This document shows positions 9,896 through 21,454 of a DNA stretch of 64,000 nucleotides, one piece after another; positions within the stretch are counted from its first letter, which is position 1; each line of letters starts with the position of its first letter. The notes under the pieces are model-generated. The model searched no databases and was not told the origin of the DNA. It saw only the letters and a list, made by a program, of their open reading frames with translations. The position numbers and the translations under genes are program-made. The stretch spans positions 1,056,001-1,120,000 of the forward strand of contig OY776215.1 of NCBI GenBank assembly GCA_963675495.1, read 5' to 3'. The DNA is from an uncultured Methanolobus sp. (GTDB lineage Archaea; Halobacteriota; Methanosarcinia; Methanosarcinales; Methanosarcinaceae).

Positions 9896-10495
9896 ATGAT
9901 CGACGTAAATGAGTATCTTGAAACAGGATTTACTTTTCATGGCCACAGGTGTCCTGCTATGCCGCTTGGAATGAGAATTGGGGCTGCTGCTATGAATGTA
10001 CTCGGGGTTGACAGATCGAAAGATAAAGAGCTCCATCTGATCGCAGAGACAGGAAACGATCATGCAGCTGGGTGTTTTGTTGATGGCCTTATGGCTATTA
10101 CAGGATGTACTTATGGAAAAAGCAATATTGAGAAGACCTACTATGGCAAAATGGCCTTTACACTCATCGATACCATAAATCAAAAGGCAGTCAGAGCATA
10201 TATAAAGCCTGAATTCTTTGGAAACATGCTGAAATCTCCGTTTGTCGAACAGAGGAAAATAGGTGTACCACCACAGAACATTGATGCTGATATTGCTGAG
10301 CCATTGATTAACAAAATACTAAGCATACCTGAAGAAAACTTCTTGTTTATTGGCCCTGTTTTCGATTATCATTTTGAAAAGAAAAAAGGTGTTTTTGATA
10401 CAGCATTGTGCGAGGGATGCGGTGAACGTACATTTGCTAATAAATTGCAGGATGTTAATGGTAAAATGCTTTGCAAACCCTGTGCTGACAAATAA
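9896..10495 (+). CDS. fmdE: FmdE family protein (formylmethanofuran dehydrogenase subunit E-like) with C-terminal Zn finger
   Basis: FHGHRCP, CFVDG..ITGCTYGK, CxxC...CxxC. Confidence 0.9.
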   Translation: MIDVNEYLETGFTFHGHRCPAMPLGMRIGAAAMNVLGVDRSKDKELHLIAETGNDHAAGCFVDGLMAITGCTYGKSNIEKTYYGKMAFTLIDTINQKAVRAYIKPEFFGNMLKSPFVEQRKIGVPPQNIDADIAEPLINKILSIPEENFLFIGPVFDYHFEKKKGVFDTALCEGCGERTFANKLQDVNGKMLCKPCADK

Positions 10496-10585
10496 GTAGT
10501 CGATAAACTAGAGCATTTGACGAGAGGTGCAATTGCACCAACTATTTTTACATAATATACTGCTACAAAGTCTGGAATTGGTCAT

Positions 10586-11344
10586 ATGGATGTTATTTTA
10601 ATTGCTGTTATCATCTTTTTCTTAGCTGTTATATTTTCAATGCTTGGCCTGGGTGGATCCTTGGTATATGTGCCTTTATTTTACTGGCTTGGCATTGATA
10701 TGCTCATAGCAATACCTACAGCATTGCTTCTCAATGGTATAACTGCCAGCTCAGCAGCGATCACATATTACAGAAAAAAAATGATAGACTTGCAAGTGGC
10801 AGCTCCTTTTGTAATAGCTTCTACCATAGGAGCACCTGTTGGTGCTTACTTTACCAAGTTCATCTCCATTGAAACATTGTTGTGGATACTCAGCACTGTG
10901 TTGGTTTTTGCCGGAATACGCATGCTATTCTCCGGGAAAAAAAATGTAGAGGCTCAAATTTCAGCCATCTCTACTGATAAAAGAAAGAGTTTTACCATTG
11001 GTATTTCTCTCGGTTTTGCAATTGGTGTTATTGCAGGACTTCTTGGAATTGGTGGTGGCGTATTCATAGTCCCTATTTTAATAGCACTTGGTTATGAGGT
11101 AAAACGTGCTTCTGCAACATCGGCTTTCATCGTATTGTTCTCTTCTTTCTCAGGGTTCTTTGGTCATCTGAGCACAGGACATCTGGACATAACTCTCATG
11201 ATCTATACAGCTCTAGCTGCATTTGTTGGAGGACAGGTAGGTTCTCATCTAATGCACAGCAAAATGAAATAAGAAACAATCAAACAGATGTTTGGTGTGG
11301 TTTTGTGGATAATGGCGTTCAAAATCGCTTATGGATTGATATGA
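10586..11344 (+). pseudogene. Sulfite exporter TauE/SafE family; in-frame TAA at 11270-11272 cuts off the last TM helix
   Basis: GLGG and GIGGG repeats; the frame continues past TAA as ETIKQMFGVVLWIMAFKIAYGLI to TGA at 11344. Confidence 0.75.
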
Positions 11345-11373
11345 TTTTGTGTAGATAGCACAAATTAAAAACT

Positions 11374-11402
11374 AAAAAAGCCCCGGCCGAAACCAGGGCT
11401 TT
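11374..11402 (-). terminator. Bacterial-style intrinsic terminator downstream of icd
   Basis: AAAGCCC...GGGCTTT stem followed on the minus strand by a T run. Confidence 0.6.
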
Positions 11403-11423
11403 CCTTTTGTTTCCAGAATATAA

Positions 11424-13751
<2,328 letters not shown>

Positions 13752-13879
13752 TCACTGCTGCTGATTTTGTCATATTTCAATCTTCTGATAATTTAATATT
13801 ATAAAATGGAAGCTAAGTACAAATTGCTTTATTGATGACGGCATCATATATATGTCATACCTAGAATGTGAACCAAATC

Positions 13880-14020
13880 TATGCGCTCGTCGTCACGGAA
13901 GAAGTAGCTGGTGGCAGTGCCGTTGTCCACTTCGTAGAACTGGTTGACGTAGTAGCTGAACTCACCGACAGAGTTCTGTTTCTTGACGCTCTGGCCGTTG
14001 GCGTCGTACCAGTATTTCTC
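13880..14020 (-). pseudogene. Rhs core (YD-repeat) fragment
   Basis: EKYWYDANGQSVKKQNSVGEFSYYVNQFYEVDNGTATSYFFRDDERI; no start codon; visibly more GC-rich than its flanks. Confidence 0.75.
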
Positions 14021-14086
14021 ACAGGAAACCTAAAGCATAACTAAATATACATGCAAATGCATAATTCTATGTAAATGGTGAGAGTC

Positions 14087-14242
14087 ATGAAAAGATTTAC
14101 TATCTCTATTCCGGATGATCTTAAACACGAAATGGATTCTTTGCCGGATATCAACTGGGCTCAGGTTGCAAAGGAAAGTATCCAAAAAAAGATCCATTTG
14201 CTCGACGAATTTGAAAGTTTTGAAAGGAGCCATGATCAATAA
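14087..14242 (+). CDS. Small ribbon-helix-helix protein / antitoxin, 51 aa (not in ORF track)
   Basis: MKRFTISIPDDLKHEMDSLPDINWAQVAKESIQKKI; GGTGA RBS; stop overlaps the next ATG (TAATG). Confidence 0.8.
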   Translation: MKRFTISIPDDLKHEMDSLPDINWAQVAKESIQKKIHLLDEFESFERSHDQ

Positions 14243-14529
14243 TGTCCACGTTGACGATCCCGATAGATGACGAACTCTATAATAGGGTACAGGCTTTTTC
14301 ATGGGTAAAATGGTCCAAGGTCGCACAGGACGGTATAAGGAAAAGAAAGATACTTGAGATCTATATCCGGGACAAGACGATCTCCGAGGAAGACGCTGAG
14401 TTCTGTGAGATGATCGACTGGCACCCTGTTGATGAATTGCCGATAAAGCAGGAGATTATCGGGAAATTAAAGGCGACGGATAAGAGCTCGTATGAAGCTG
14501 TCGAGGACATATCTGATATCTTCAAATAA
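14242..14529 (+). CDS. RHH-like antitoxin, 95 aa
   Basis: MSTLTIPIDDEL...VKWSKVAQDGIRK, acidic C-terminus; directly upstream of the RelE-like gene. Confidence 0.7.
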   Translation: MSTLTIPIDDELYNRVQAFSWVKWSKVAQDGIRKRKILEIYIRDKTISEEDAEFCEMIDWHPVDELPIKQEIIGKLKATDKSSYEAVEDISDIFK

Positions 14530-14537
14530 ATGATCCG

Positions 14538-14816
14538 GTGATCGGTGTGACCTATTCCCTTTTTATTTCACCGGAATGCAGGAAAGATATCAGGAAGCTG
14601 ACAAGGAAGAATCTCCATCTGCAGAACATACTTGAAAAGAAGATCAAGGACATCCTTGATAATCCAACCCGATTCAAACCGTTACGTAATGAACTTGCTG
14701 GCTACTACAGGGTGCATATCATGACCAGCTTTGTCCTTATTTTCACCGTGGATACGGAGGAAAGGACAGTTTCGCTCGTACATTTTTCCCATCATGATGA
14801 TGCATATAAAAGGTGA
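14538..14816 (+). CDS. RelE/ParE (RelE/StbE) family toxin
   Basis: NPTRFKPLRNELAGYYRVHI..FVLIFTVD...FSHHDDAY. Confidence 0.85.
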   Translation: MIGVTYSLFISPECRKDIRKLTRKNLHLQNILEKKIKDILDNPTRFKPLRNELAGYYRVHIMTSFVLIFTVDTEERTVSLVHFSHHDDAYKR

Positions 14817-14937
14817 TTGTTCTTTCACCTGCTGCGTAGAGAGATTTAAGAATCTCTTCAAAGAAGACAACAGAAGCATAAATTACTGCAATCAACGAGT
14901 GAGAGATGGATATGGGCAGAAGGTTGCTTGGTGTTTT

Positions 14938-14956
14938 ACCGGCCCTGCGGGCCGGT
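14938..14956. repeat. Perfect GC-rich hairpin
   Basis: ACCGGCCC-TGC-GGGCCGGT between the convergent TA cassette and Rhs module. Confidence 0.6.
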
Positions 14957-15016
14957 CTTTGTGCGACGACAAATATGTGCCCACATTATCCAGAGCCTCT
15001 GTTGCACTGAATAGTA

Positions 15017-15930
15017 TCAATTGCCTTTGCTAATCAAAAAATCATCCTTTTCTAATATATTCAAAGCAATGGCGAGACATTCGTCACTTTTTGGTTTAAA
15101 AATGTCTTCTCCAAAATTCACGACGAATATTTTGTATATTTTTGTTGCTAGTTCTTGCTCATCTATTTCTCCTTTAATTTTCATTTCTTTGATAAATTCA
15201 CAAATTGAAACTGATTCTTTATTGTACTCATCTTTTGGAGCATGAGGAAACAATCCTATTGGATCCCAAGTTTCAACCATTTCACTAGAAACTCCTCTTT
15301 CTTTCATTCTCTCAGCACCGTGCAACGTAGTTTTACTCCAATAAACTTTCAGGCCCGGATTCTTGACATAAGTGCCCAGTTTTCCAAAGTCATGCCCATA
15401 CTCCATAAAGTAATTAGATGTATGGAGAGAGTCACCTAAATTATCTCCTTTCTTGGCATCTGCTGTCTTGTCCAATAGCTTGAACAAATCACCAACATTG
15501 TCTGCATGAGTCACACCTTCCTCAACGGCCATAACTGCAACTCTACCGCCTGTTGCAACTGGCAAAGCTAAGCATACAACATCGACAGCAAGACCAATAT
15601 AGGTCCACTTATCAGCATTACCAGTACAGATGTCATTCAGGTCCATCGCAAGGAAAGCAAGGTCCAGTCCAGTCTCAACATAATGCCCACTCGGATCAAC
15701 ATACCTCACCTGATTATTCAACGTATAAGCATACCTATTCAGCGCCTGCGGATAATACACATCTTGCAGCATCGTATCAGGCTGCACGAATACCCTGTAC
15801 TCAGGCGAGTAATACCTCGCGTAGTACATCAGTTCAGTGTCTGCATCGTTCTCCTGACCTGTGAAACCGTACTTTTCCAGACCGCCGGACTGCACCTGTC
15901 CGTATGGTAGTACTCGGTGCGCTCGACGTC
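15017..15930 (-). pseudogene. Orphan Rhs module: core end, pre-toxin segment, truncated toxin fused to a DUF1871-like domain
   Basis: VERTEYY(frameshift)YGQVQSGGLEKYGFTGQE, ARYYSP, LNRYAY..NN....DPSG, then TLHGAERMKERGVS joined to WDPIGLFPHAPKDEY. Confidence 0.8.
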
Positions 15931-16013
15931 GCGGAAGAGAGAAGATTCATCTATTTAAAATTATTTTGCTGAAACATAATTGAAAATTGGTTTTTTCCAG
16001 AGTCCTACACGAC

Positions 16014-16247
16014 TCATTTTGAATTTGCATACCCTGTGCTCTTTGCCAAATTGAGTAACCTTAAAATTGTGACGGAAAAAATAAAGGTAAAACCAAGTAA
16101 AACAACTACAAGAAAGATGGCTCTTTCTAAAGACACATCTGTGTAGAACAACATAACAGAAGCAATGGATATAATGATAATCTGCCCAAGCAAAGAAAGC
16201 AAACTGAGCCTGACATACTTGTGCTTTAAGAACATTCCTAGATTCAT
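16014..16247 (-). CDS. Small two-TM hypothetical protein (possible orphan immunity protein)
   Basis: 77 aa, two hydrophobic segments, AT-rich, directly upstream of the Rhs fragment. Confidence 0.45.
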   Translation of the reverse strand: MNLGMFLKHKYVRLSLLSLLGQIIIISIASVMLFYTDVSLERAIFLVVVLLGFTFIFSVTILRLLNLAKSTGYANSK

Positions 16248-16345
16248 CAGGATATATTGAAATTGAAGCCATTTATAGATAATTGCCCTATAATTTTGAT
16301 TTGCGATACAGTATCATTTTACATAATGGTAACATATATCCATAT

Positions 16346-17188
16346 ATGACACCAAAATTTCCTATCACCGACGAGCACATGCACATAGACCTGCGGGCAA
16401 AGGGACTAAAAGCGGTCAAGGAGTTCCAGAATAATGGTGGAACACACATTTTTCTTGTCATGAAACCGAGCTGGACCCTTGGGATCAAAGTTACAAAACC
16501 TGAAGACCACATCGCTGTCTTTGAGGAAACTGTTGACATTTCCCGCCAGATAAATGAAACCGGCGTTACCTCATTCCCCGTACTTGGAGTTCATCCGGCA
16601 GAGATTTCGAAGCTCATTGAATATATGGACCTTGAAAAAGCTGTTGAGACCATGAAAGGCGGACTGGACATTGCAGCTGGCTATGTGGACAAAGGACTTG
16701 CTGTGGGACTTAAGAGCGGACGGCCGCATTACCCGGTAAGCCCGGAAGTGTGGGACGCTTCTAATGAGGTCATGGAATATGCATTCACACTTGCAGCAGA
16801 TCATGACTGTGCTGTTCAGCTTCATACTGAGACTGTGGAAGAGCCGGAACTGATCGACATAACGCAGCGTGCCAAGAAAACTGGCGTCAAACTTCACAAG
16901 GTGGTAAAGCACTATGCTCCGCCACTTGTCGATGTTTGTGAAAAGCTTGGAATATTTCCCGGCGTGCTTGCAGGCAAAGGTGCCATTGAGGAAGCACTTG
17001 AGCAGGGTACCCGGTTCATGATGGAAACGGATTATATTGACGACCCGGAAAGACCAGGAGCAGTCCTAGGACCAAAAACAATACCCAGAAGAACATTGAA
17101 GCTTGCAGAACAGTTCGGAGAAGAACCTTTCTGGAAGATCCATAAGGAAAATCCGGAAAAGGTCTACGAAGTTGATATTGAGCTTTAG
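16346..17188 (+). CDS. TatD-related amidohydrolase-superfamily metallohydrolase
   Basis: DEHMH, GVHP, GRPHY, QLHTE, METDYIDD. Confidence 0.85.
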   Translation: MTPKFPITDEHMHIDLRAKGLKAVKEFQNNGGTHIFLVMKPSWTLGIKVTKPEDHIAVFEETVDISRQINETGVTSFPVLGVHPAEISKLIEYMDLEKAVETMKGGLDIAAGYVDKGLAVGLKSGRPHYPVSPEVWDASNEVMEYAFTLAADHDCAVQLHTETVEEPELIDITQRAKKTGVKLHKVVKHYAPPLVDVCEKLGIFPGVLAGKGAIEEALEQGTRFMMETDYIDDPERPGAVLGPKTIPRRTLKLAEQFGEEPFWKIHKENPEKVYEVDIEL

Positions 17189-18510
17189 AAGCGCTCAATA
17201 AGGATCATATAGATATCCATTACATTGGTGCCTGTGGGGCCTGTTGTGATCAGGTCGCCTGTTTCCTTAAAGTAGACATAGGAATTGTTATCGTAAAGCT
17301 CACGCCTTGCATCCATCTGCACATTCTTACCCCGCTGGACAGTGTCACCGTCAGCAAAGGCACCTGCATGGTCTGTGGTACCATCACTGCCATCTGTACC
17401 TGCAGCAAGGAAAAGGACACCTTCAAGGTCTACGACCTCTATGCCAAATGAAAGAGCCATTTCCTGACATCTTCCACCTGCTCCTTTTCCCTTCATGGTA
17501 ACTGTGGTTTCACCACCGGCAAGAATACATGCAGGAAGTGGCAAAGGAGTCCCTCTCAACCTTTCCTCCCTGGCAATCGCAGCAAATACCTTGGCTACCT
17601 CCTTTGCTTCACCAATGATCGATGAAGTAAGAATAGTGGTATTGTAGCCAAGTTCAGATGCTTTCTTTTCTGCTTCCTGAAGGGCAAGGGCGTTATTGCC
17701 TACCAGATAATGAGAGGCACTTTCAAAAACATGAGCCCCAAATGATGGAGTCTCATCTACCACACCTTCAAGACCGTCCTCAAGCAAGCCGCTTACAGCA
17801 GGTGATAATTTGAGATCATACCTTTGCACTATCTCATAGAACTCGTCAAACGTGGAAGTGTCGGGAACCGTGGGACCTGACGCAATAACATCCAGCGGAT
17901 CCCCCACAACATCAGAAAGAATGAGACTCACAGACTGTGAAGGATAAGCCATTTTGGCAAGTCCGCCACCTTTTATGGAACAGAGATGCTTTCGTATTGT
18001 GTTAAGCTCATCAATCGTAGCACCTGCACGGATGAGACCATTAGTAAGCTTTACAATATCAGTGATGGATATTCCTTTGCGTGGAAGTGTAATTAGTGCA
18101 GAACCACCACCTGAAATAAGGAAAAATATAAGGTCTTTCTCACCTGTGTGCTCAAGAAAATCATGGATGGTTTTACCGGCAGCAACACTAGTACCATCAG
18201 GTATCGGATGGCTTGCTTCATAAACTTTCATCTTTGTAAGGGAATCAACAAAACCATATTTAGTGATAGCAACACCACCTGTCAGGTAGTCTCCGAGGAT
18301 GTCTTCAATAGCCTTTGACATAGAGATTGCAGCTTTCCCAAAGGCAATGGCATATATGTTATCGTAAAGTGAAAGGTCATAGGAACTATCGTTAATGATA
18401 ACGGTCTCACTTTCTTTGTTCATAGCCCTGTAGATACAGGCAGATGGATCTACTGCAGAAATTGCTTCTGATAATATAGAGTAAGCATCGTTTCTCATTT
18501 TTTCAGCCAT
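17185..18510 (-). CDS. Glycerate 2-kinase (MOFRL family)
   Basis: GKAA, ISGGGSAL, SDVVGD..IASGP, GGETTV, GTDGSDG, TGPTGTNVMD. Confidence 0.92.
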   Translation of the reverse strand: MAEKMRNDAYSILSEAISAVDPSACIYRAMNKESETVIINDSSYDLSLYDNIYAIAFGKAAISMSKAIEDILGDYLTGGVAITKYGFVDSLTKMKVYEASHPIPDGTSVAAGKTIHDFLEHTGEKDLIFFLISGGGSALITLPRKGISITDIVKLTNGLIRAGATIDELNTIRKHLCSIKGGGLAKMAYPSQSVSLILSDVVGDPLDVIASGPTVPDTSTFDEFYEIVQRYDLKLSPAVSGLLEDGLEGVVDETPSFGAHVFESASHYLVGNNALALQEAEKKASELGYNTTILTSSIIGEAKEVAKVFAAIAREERLRGTPLPLPACILAGGETTVTMKGKGAGGRCQEMALSFGIEVVDLEGVLFLAAGTDGSDGTTDHAGAFADGDTVQRGKNVQMDARRELYDNNSYVYFKETGDLITTGPTGTNVMDIYMILIERF

Positions 18511-18553
18511 ATGACATCATCCATGTTTAAAACATAACCAAAATATCATCAGT

Positions 18554-19228
18554 TCAGGAAGGACTGTACATTCCAATAAGTTCACCATAGGCAATAACGT
18601 GACCATCTATGGCATCCTCTACAAGAGCTCTACCAGAACCACTTTCAATCTCCAGCTTCGAATCAAGTGCGTAGAATTTGAAAAAATACCTGTGGGTACC
18701 TGAAGGAGGACATGGACCGGTGTATGACACCTTATTTGCATTATTTACCCCTTCTATACCAGGAATACTGTCTTCAGCAATTATCGTTTGATATATATCC
18801 CAGACAACCCAGTGTGTAAAGGTTCCTGAGGGTGCATCAGGGTCATCCATGATCAACAAAAGAGATTCGACATCCTCTGAAAGACCAGCAACTTCCAGCG
18901 GAGGATTGATGTTTTCCCCGTCACATGTATATTTCTCAGGAATAAAAGTTCCATTTTCAAAAGCAGAACTGGATATGATCAATTCACCCACAGGGACATG
19001 GTTAGAAACTATTTCCTGTGGCACTGAAGAATCGTTCTTTGATCTGTTAACATCGTATAGGTCAGGGAGCTCATCCGGCTCTTCATCCGTTGGTTCAACA
19101 CAACCTGAAAATGTTAGAACGGATAATATTAGCAATATAATTACAGATGTTGCTCTTAAACGATGATAACATATGATAATATCACGAAAATATTGATATG
19201 AATTGTTGACCCCTAACATATTTCCCAC
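18554..19228 (-). CDS. YbhB/YbcL (PEBP) family lipoprotein; start uncertain
   Basis: FSGC lipobox-like motif, DPDAPSGTFTHWV, YTGPCPPSGTHRY. Confidence 0.85.
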   Translation of the reverse strand: MGNMLGVNNSYQYFRDIIICYHRLRATSVIILLILSVLTFSGCVEPTDEEPDELPDLYDVNRSKNDSSVPQEIVSNHVPVGELIISSSAFENGTFIPEKYTCDGENINPPLEVAGLSEDVESLLLIMDDPDAPSGTFTHWVVWDIYQTIIAEDSIPGIEGVNNANKVSYTGPCPPSGTHRYFFKFYALDSKLEIESGSGRALVEDAIDGHVIAYGELIGMYSPS

Positions 19229-19335
19229 AAGTGATACACTAATTGCAGCCTATTTATTGTTTGTGGACTAAAAAAAGTGCTAGAAATAGTTAATTCGAGA
19301 CGCACGAACCACTGTTTTGGAGGTTACATAAAAAT

Positions 19336-19518
19336 TTATTCCTCAGGAATTATGATCCATGCAAGTATATAGAGAAAAAGACCTGAACCATACATGAATA
19401 TAGCAACTGCCCACAGGAGTCTTATTATCACCGGATCGATACCAAGATGATTTCCAAGACCGCCGCAAACACCTGCAATCATTCTATCTGTTCTGGAACG
19501 CGTTAATCTATTGTTCAT
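19336..19518 (-). CDS. PspC domain protein
   Basis: RLTRSRTDRMIAGVCGGLG...YILAWIIIP; GAGGT RBS. Confidence 0.9.
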   Translation of the reverse strand: MNNRLTRSRTDRMIAGVCGGLGNHLGIDPVIIRLLWAVAIFMYGSGLFLYILAWIIIPEE

Positions 19519-19537
19519 ATTTACCTCATAATTGATC

Positions 19538-19894
19538 TTACAGTTCACAAACCTTACAATTTGTTCCGCTACATTCAGGATTATCAAACTGCCATTTGAG
19601 ACCCCATTTTTTAATGCTCTGTAATATAGATAAAAACTCCTCACCACTCTCTGTAAGTGAGTATTCAGACTTGATAGGGAACACTGAATCATCAACCTTC
19701 TTATCAACAAGGCCATGCTGTTCCAGTTCTTTCAATCTTGTAGAAAGAGTCTTTGGGGTCACGTCCTGTAATTTGTTTTTCAGCTCATTGAAACGTTTTT
19801 GCTTATTTTCCCCCTTGTATAACTCGTGCATAATACATAAAGACCATTTTTTGCCGACAATATCGACCGTTTTGTATATAGTACAATCTTTCAT
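19538..19894 (-). CDS. HxlR/DUF24 family regulator
   Basis: MKDCTI..TVDIVGKKW, RFNELK, PKTLSTRLKELE, EYSLTESG; C-terminal CxxxxCxxC. Confidence 0.9.
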   Translation of the reverse strand: MKDCTIYKTVDIVGKKWSLCIMHELYKGENKQKRFNELKNKLQDVTPKTLSTRLKELEQHGLVDKKVDDSVFPIKSEYSLTESGEEFLSILQSIKKWGLKWQFDNPECSGTNCKVCEL

Positions 19895-19962
19895 AGTATC
19901 TAATAAGAAACCACCCAATATATAAGTGAGTATCCATAATATACCTAGTATCCAGAAGATTA
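19895..19962. promoter_or_regulatory. Divergent promoter with candidate HxlR operators
   Basis: AGTATC at 19895, 19929 and 19947; GTATC-N5-TATAC at 19930-19944; TATATAA in between. Confidence 0.4.
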
Positions 19963-19985
19963 TTTTGGAAGAAGGAGTGACCAAT

Positions 19986-20645
19986 ATGGCAAAAGATCTA
20001 CTTGAAAAGGGAGCAATTCTACAGCGAGACCAGGAAACATACGCAATAGCACCACATTTACCTGGTGGAATTGTTTCGGCTGAACATCTTGGAAAGATAG
20101 CAGATGTTGCAAAAAAGTACGGAGCTGCAACATTAAAAGTAACTTCATCACAGAGAGTAGCTATCGTAGGATTGAAAGAAGAGGATATCGATAAAGCCTG
20201 GGAAGACCTTGGAATAAAGCCAGGTGCAGCAATCGGACTTTGTGTCAGGAGTGTAAAGATATGCCCCGGTACGACGTTCTGTAAGCGTGGACAACAGGAT
20301 GCTGTAAGTCTTGGATTAAAACTTGATGAGAAATATCATGGAATGGAACTTCCATGCAAATTCAAAATGGCTGTTTCCGGATGTATGAACTCATGCTCAG
20401 AACCTGCTATCAAAGATATTGGTGTCATGGGTGCCCCAAAAGGCTACACTGTCATGGTCGGCGGAAATGCAGCTATCAAACCAAGAATCGCTGATGTCAT
20501 CGCAGATGAATTAAATGAGGATGAAGTACTTGCACTTGTAGACAAGATAATCAGCTTCACTAAAGCCAATGGATCAAAACACCGTCTTAGCAGAGTAATT
20601 GATGAGATGGGAATTGACAAATTCAAGGAAGAGATAGGCTTATAA
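19986..20645 (+). CDS. Small nitrite/sulfite reductase-like siroheme-[4Fe-4S] protein
   Basis: Ferredoxin-like half domain (KVTSSQR), CPGTTFC (Cx5C), KFKMAVSGCMNSC (Cx3C). Confidence 0.85.
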   Translation: MAKDLLEKGAILQRDQETYAIAPHLPGGIVSAEHLGKIADVAKKYGAATLKVTSSQRVAIVGLKEEDIDKAWEDLGIKPGAAIGLCVRSVKICPGTTFCKRGQQDAVSLGLKLDEKYHGMELPCKFKMAVSGCMNSCSEPAIKDIGVMGAPKGYTVMVGGNAAIKPRIADVIADELNEDEVLALVDKIISFTKANGSKHRLSRVIDEMGIDKFKEEIGL

Positions 20646-20726
20646 TCGGAAGTATTTTTCAAAGGGGAATTTTCCCCAGATTTTCTTTTATTTTAAAATT
20701 AATTCTTTAAAAACGGAGTTGTTATT

Positions 20727-21068
20727 ATCGAAGATGTTAAACCGGTCACTAAAATTGCAGTAATAAGATGCGATATAGTTTCGGAAGCATGCCCGGGTGT
20801 CGGTTGCTTTATGGCATTTAATAAAAAGAGCATGCACTTTAGTGATTATGACGAAAATACAGAAATGGTTGCCTTCTTCACATGCGGAGGATGCTCCGGT
20901 CGCAGAATATATCGCCTGTTGAAATCGTTGAAAAAACGAGGAGTAGATGCTATCCACTTAAGTTCCTGTATGCAAATGGAAAACTACCCGAAATGCCCAC
21001 ACATCGATGAGATCAAGAGAACGGTTGAAAATGCAGGAATTAAACTTGTAGAAGGAACGCATCACTAA
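20727..21068 (+). CDS. CGGC-domain protein; start appears non-canonical (ATC 20727 or ATT 20724)
   Basis: KIAVIRC....CPGVGC lies upstream of the track ATG at 20811; FTCGGC, IHLSSC, CPH, GTH. Confidence 0.85.
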   Translation: MEDVKPVTKIAVIRCDIVSEACPGVGCFMAFNKKSMHFSDYDENTEMVAFFTCGGCSGRRIYRLLKSLKKRGVDAIHLSSCMQMENYPKCPHIDEIKRTVENAGIKLVEGTHH

Positions 21069-21085
21069 CACATGGAGAGAAAAAC

Positions 21086-21454
21086 ATGACCAGTAGAATG
21101 ATAGTAAAGATAGATGAAGATAAATGTACCGGATGTGGAAAATGTGTATCCCCCTGTGCTGAAGGAGCTATTCAGATCATTAACGGAAAGGCAAAGGTCG
21201 TTTCAGAGGAACTCTGTGACGGCATGGGATTCTGCATAGGAGTTTGTCCTGAAGGTGCTATTACCATCGAGAAAAGAGAAGCAATTCCCTTTGACCTGAG
21301 GAAAGCCGAATCACAACCAAAGAAGACTGATGTTTCTATCCAGTGTTTCAGTTGCGGTTGCGGTGAGAAGAACAATTACCTGATGCCTGTAAGACACAAT
21401 ATGGAAAGTCTCTGGGTTTGTACAAGATGTCTTCCAAAACTTATCCATGGATGA
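21086..21454 (+). CDS. 2x[4Fe-4S] ferredoxin with extra C-terminal CxxC..CxxC
   Basis: CTGCGKCVSPC, CDGMGFCIGVCP, CFSC...CTRC. Confidence 0.9.
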   Translation: MTSRMIVKIDEDKCTGCGKCVSPCAEGAIQIINGKAKVVSEELCDGMGFCIGVCPEGAITIEKREAIPFDLRKAESQPKKTDVSIQCFSCGCGEKNNYLMPVRHNMESLWVCTRCLPKLIHG

